DNA of 64,000 nt from Cyanophora paradoxa CCMP329 (taxonomy: Eukaryota; Plantae; Glaucophyta). The stretch spans positions 124,001 to 188,000 of the forward strand of contig QPMI01000483.1 of assembly GCA_004431415.1 (NCBI GenBank), in the 5' to 3' direction. The notes under the pieces are model-generated. The model searched no databases, was not told the origin of the DNA, and saw only the letters and a list, made by a program, of their open reading frames with translations. Numbering within the stretch: position 1 is the stretch's first letter; each line of letters begins with the position of its first letter. This document shows, one piece after another, positions 62,256-64,000 of the stretch. Position numbers and translations under genes: made by a program.

Positions 62256-64000
62256 ATGGTACCCCTGGAAAACGAAAGGTCGTTTGCACAGCGGCCAGGC
62301 AGGCCGCCGCAGCGGAGGCGGGGCCTGCTCGCAGCTGAGGTCCGCCCGAGCGGCAGGGACGAGATGGGTCAGCATCTCCCGTTGCTCCTCGGCACGGCGA
62401 TGCTCTTGTGCGCTTCCCTCTCTGCCGCGTACGCGTTGCCTGACCCGCCCAGGCCCTGGAATGCCATTATGGGATCGTTCGACTACCTTCAAACTGCGTT
62501 CCCGGCTCGAAGACCTGCGTTCGACACCAGCTGGCTATACCAGGCGAGCACGCTAGGAGGGGCTCTGCTCTGCTTCAATCCGACCATCTCATTGGCGTGG
62601 AGCGTGCGGTCTCGCATCGCGGTTCCGCTCGCGGCCTTCGTGCGCGGGCTGGCACGCGAGCGCGAAAGGTGCCTGCAGCTGAGAGTCTCATCGCGCAGGT
62701 GGCCCTATTCATCGCCGTCCCAGCCCTGCCGCCGGGCTCGGACAGCTCGTATACCGCACTGCTCGTTCTTGTTGCCGCCTCTGGAGTCGCCACGGCTGTT
62801 CTGCAGCAGTCCCTGCTGGCCTGGGCGGCCTCCGCGGGCCGCGAGCAGCTGGTGGCCGTCGTTCAGGGAAACGCGGTGTCGGGGATCTTGATCTGCGGGG
62901 CTCGCGTGGCCTCGAAGCTCGCCCTCCCCGCTTCGCTGGATGGTCTCCGCCAATCTGTGGTCGTCTACTTCGCGCTGGCGGTGAGCATGTCTCGTATATT
63001 CTAAACCACGGCTAACCTGCCGCGCAGGCGGGGTTCTCTTGCCTGTGCCTGTGGGCCTTCCTGCGGGCTGCGCCTGGCGAGCAGCCCGTGGCGCACGTGC
63101 ACGCAGAGGAGGAGTCCACGCTTCTCGAAAAGGCCCCGCCGCCCACCACAGACCGTGTGTCCCAGCACCCCATTAGCCAGTGAGCCATAAGTTGCTTCTT
63201 GCGGCTAACGGTGCCCAGGCTCTCTCTCGGAGATCGCGTGGATCGTGCGGTATCCCTTGCTCAGCACGTTCTCGACTTTTCTCGTATCACTCGCCCTTTT
63301 CCCTGCGTTTGCACTCGCCGCCCCCTGCCCAAATGTGAGCTTTGCTGTGAGGCAGTCCACTTTCCACTTTCAAAGCTCTCGGATGAACCTGTGGTCCTGC
63401 TTCTGTGCATGCAGGGCATCTCGCCCGACTGGAATGTCCTTCTCATCATCAGTGATTTCTGCATCTTCGACTTGATCGGTCGCTTACTTGCAAAGCGGTC
63501 CTGTTTTCCCCATTACTGCCTCTTGCCGATATTGATCTTTGGGACAGGCTTCAGCCACCGGGACTGCTGAGCCTTGCCCTCTTCACCCTTGCCCGCTCCC
63601 TCCTCGCGCTGCCCCTTCTATTGGCCGCCTCCCCCGCCGGCCGCGCCCTCCTACCGTCAGTCCTCGAACCTACATCCTCTCCGCTGACTGTGCCCCTCCT
63701 AGTCGCCATCGTCGCCTCCACCTCTGGCTTTGCCATCAGTGCGCGCACGCGTGTGGAACTTGCATGCTGCTGCGTTCCAAGTCCTACTGTTTTTGCTTAC
63801 ATCTGCGTTGTGTGAGCAGCAGCAGCCCTGGCACAGGCGCCACCCCTTGTCAGCCTGTCTGAGCACAGTTGTGCCTCCACCCTGATGGTACGTTTCCCCA
63901 GTCTGCTTAAAATCCAACAGTTCTCTGACCTTGCAATTGGCAGGCTGTGGCACTCAACGGGGGGCTCACGGCTGGGGCCCTCGTCGCCAACGCCCTCCAG
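62256..64000 (+). CDS. Equilibrative nucleoside transporter (ENT/SLC29); runs off the window end
   Basis: LLGTAMLL|PWNA, ATAVLQQSL, GNAVSG, VSLALFP, IFDLIGR; many hydrophobic segments. Confidence 0.8.

Overview
This is a gene-dense eukaryotic nuclear window with about 25 protein-coding genes broken by many short (~40-65 nt) spliceosomal introns, so the supplied ORF track only catches exon pieces. It is most likely from a flagellated glaucophyte alga (Cyanophora-like). This is an inference from a Phe-first plastid transit peptide ([10 protein letters not shown]...) on a 2-Cys peroxiredoxin, a transit-peptide-bearing glutamate racemase (peptidoglycan precursor enzyme) and the ciliary genes NME7 and PPIL6. 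Genes in order: MAPK, SNAPC3, RPC40, DDX47, RAD23, MurI, IMP4, hypothetical, MED10, 3HCDH-like/RING fusion, degenerate P-loop protein, EF-hand TKL kinase, NME7, GPATCH1, SPP-like M16 peptidase, RecQ, hypothetical, PNPOx-like, glycine-zipper protein, Prx, SMYD, UGDH, TPR-like protein, PPIL6-IQ, RRP8, ENT. The most unusual signal is non-coding. Two families of short, hairpin-rich dispersed repeats (called A and B here) sit just behind stop codons in a fixed orientation. They are embedded in patchwork spacers built from near-identical, intron-containing copies of neighbouring genes, some joined at microhomologies. These repeats occur only in the moderate-GC parts of the window (1-31.5 kb and beyond 59.6 kb). 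No transposase or reverse transcriptase was recognised. Gene boundaries were deduced by manual splicing and are approximate where stated.
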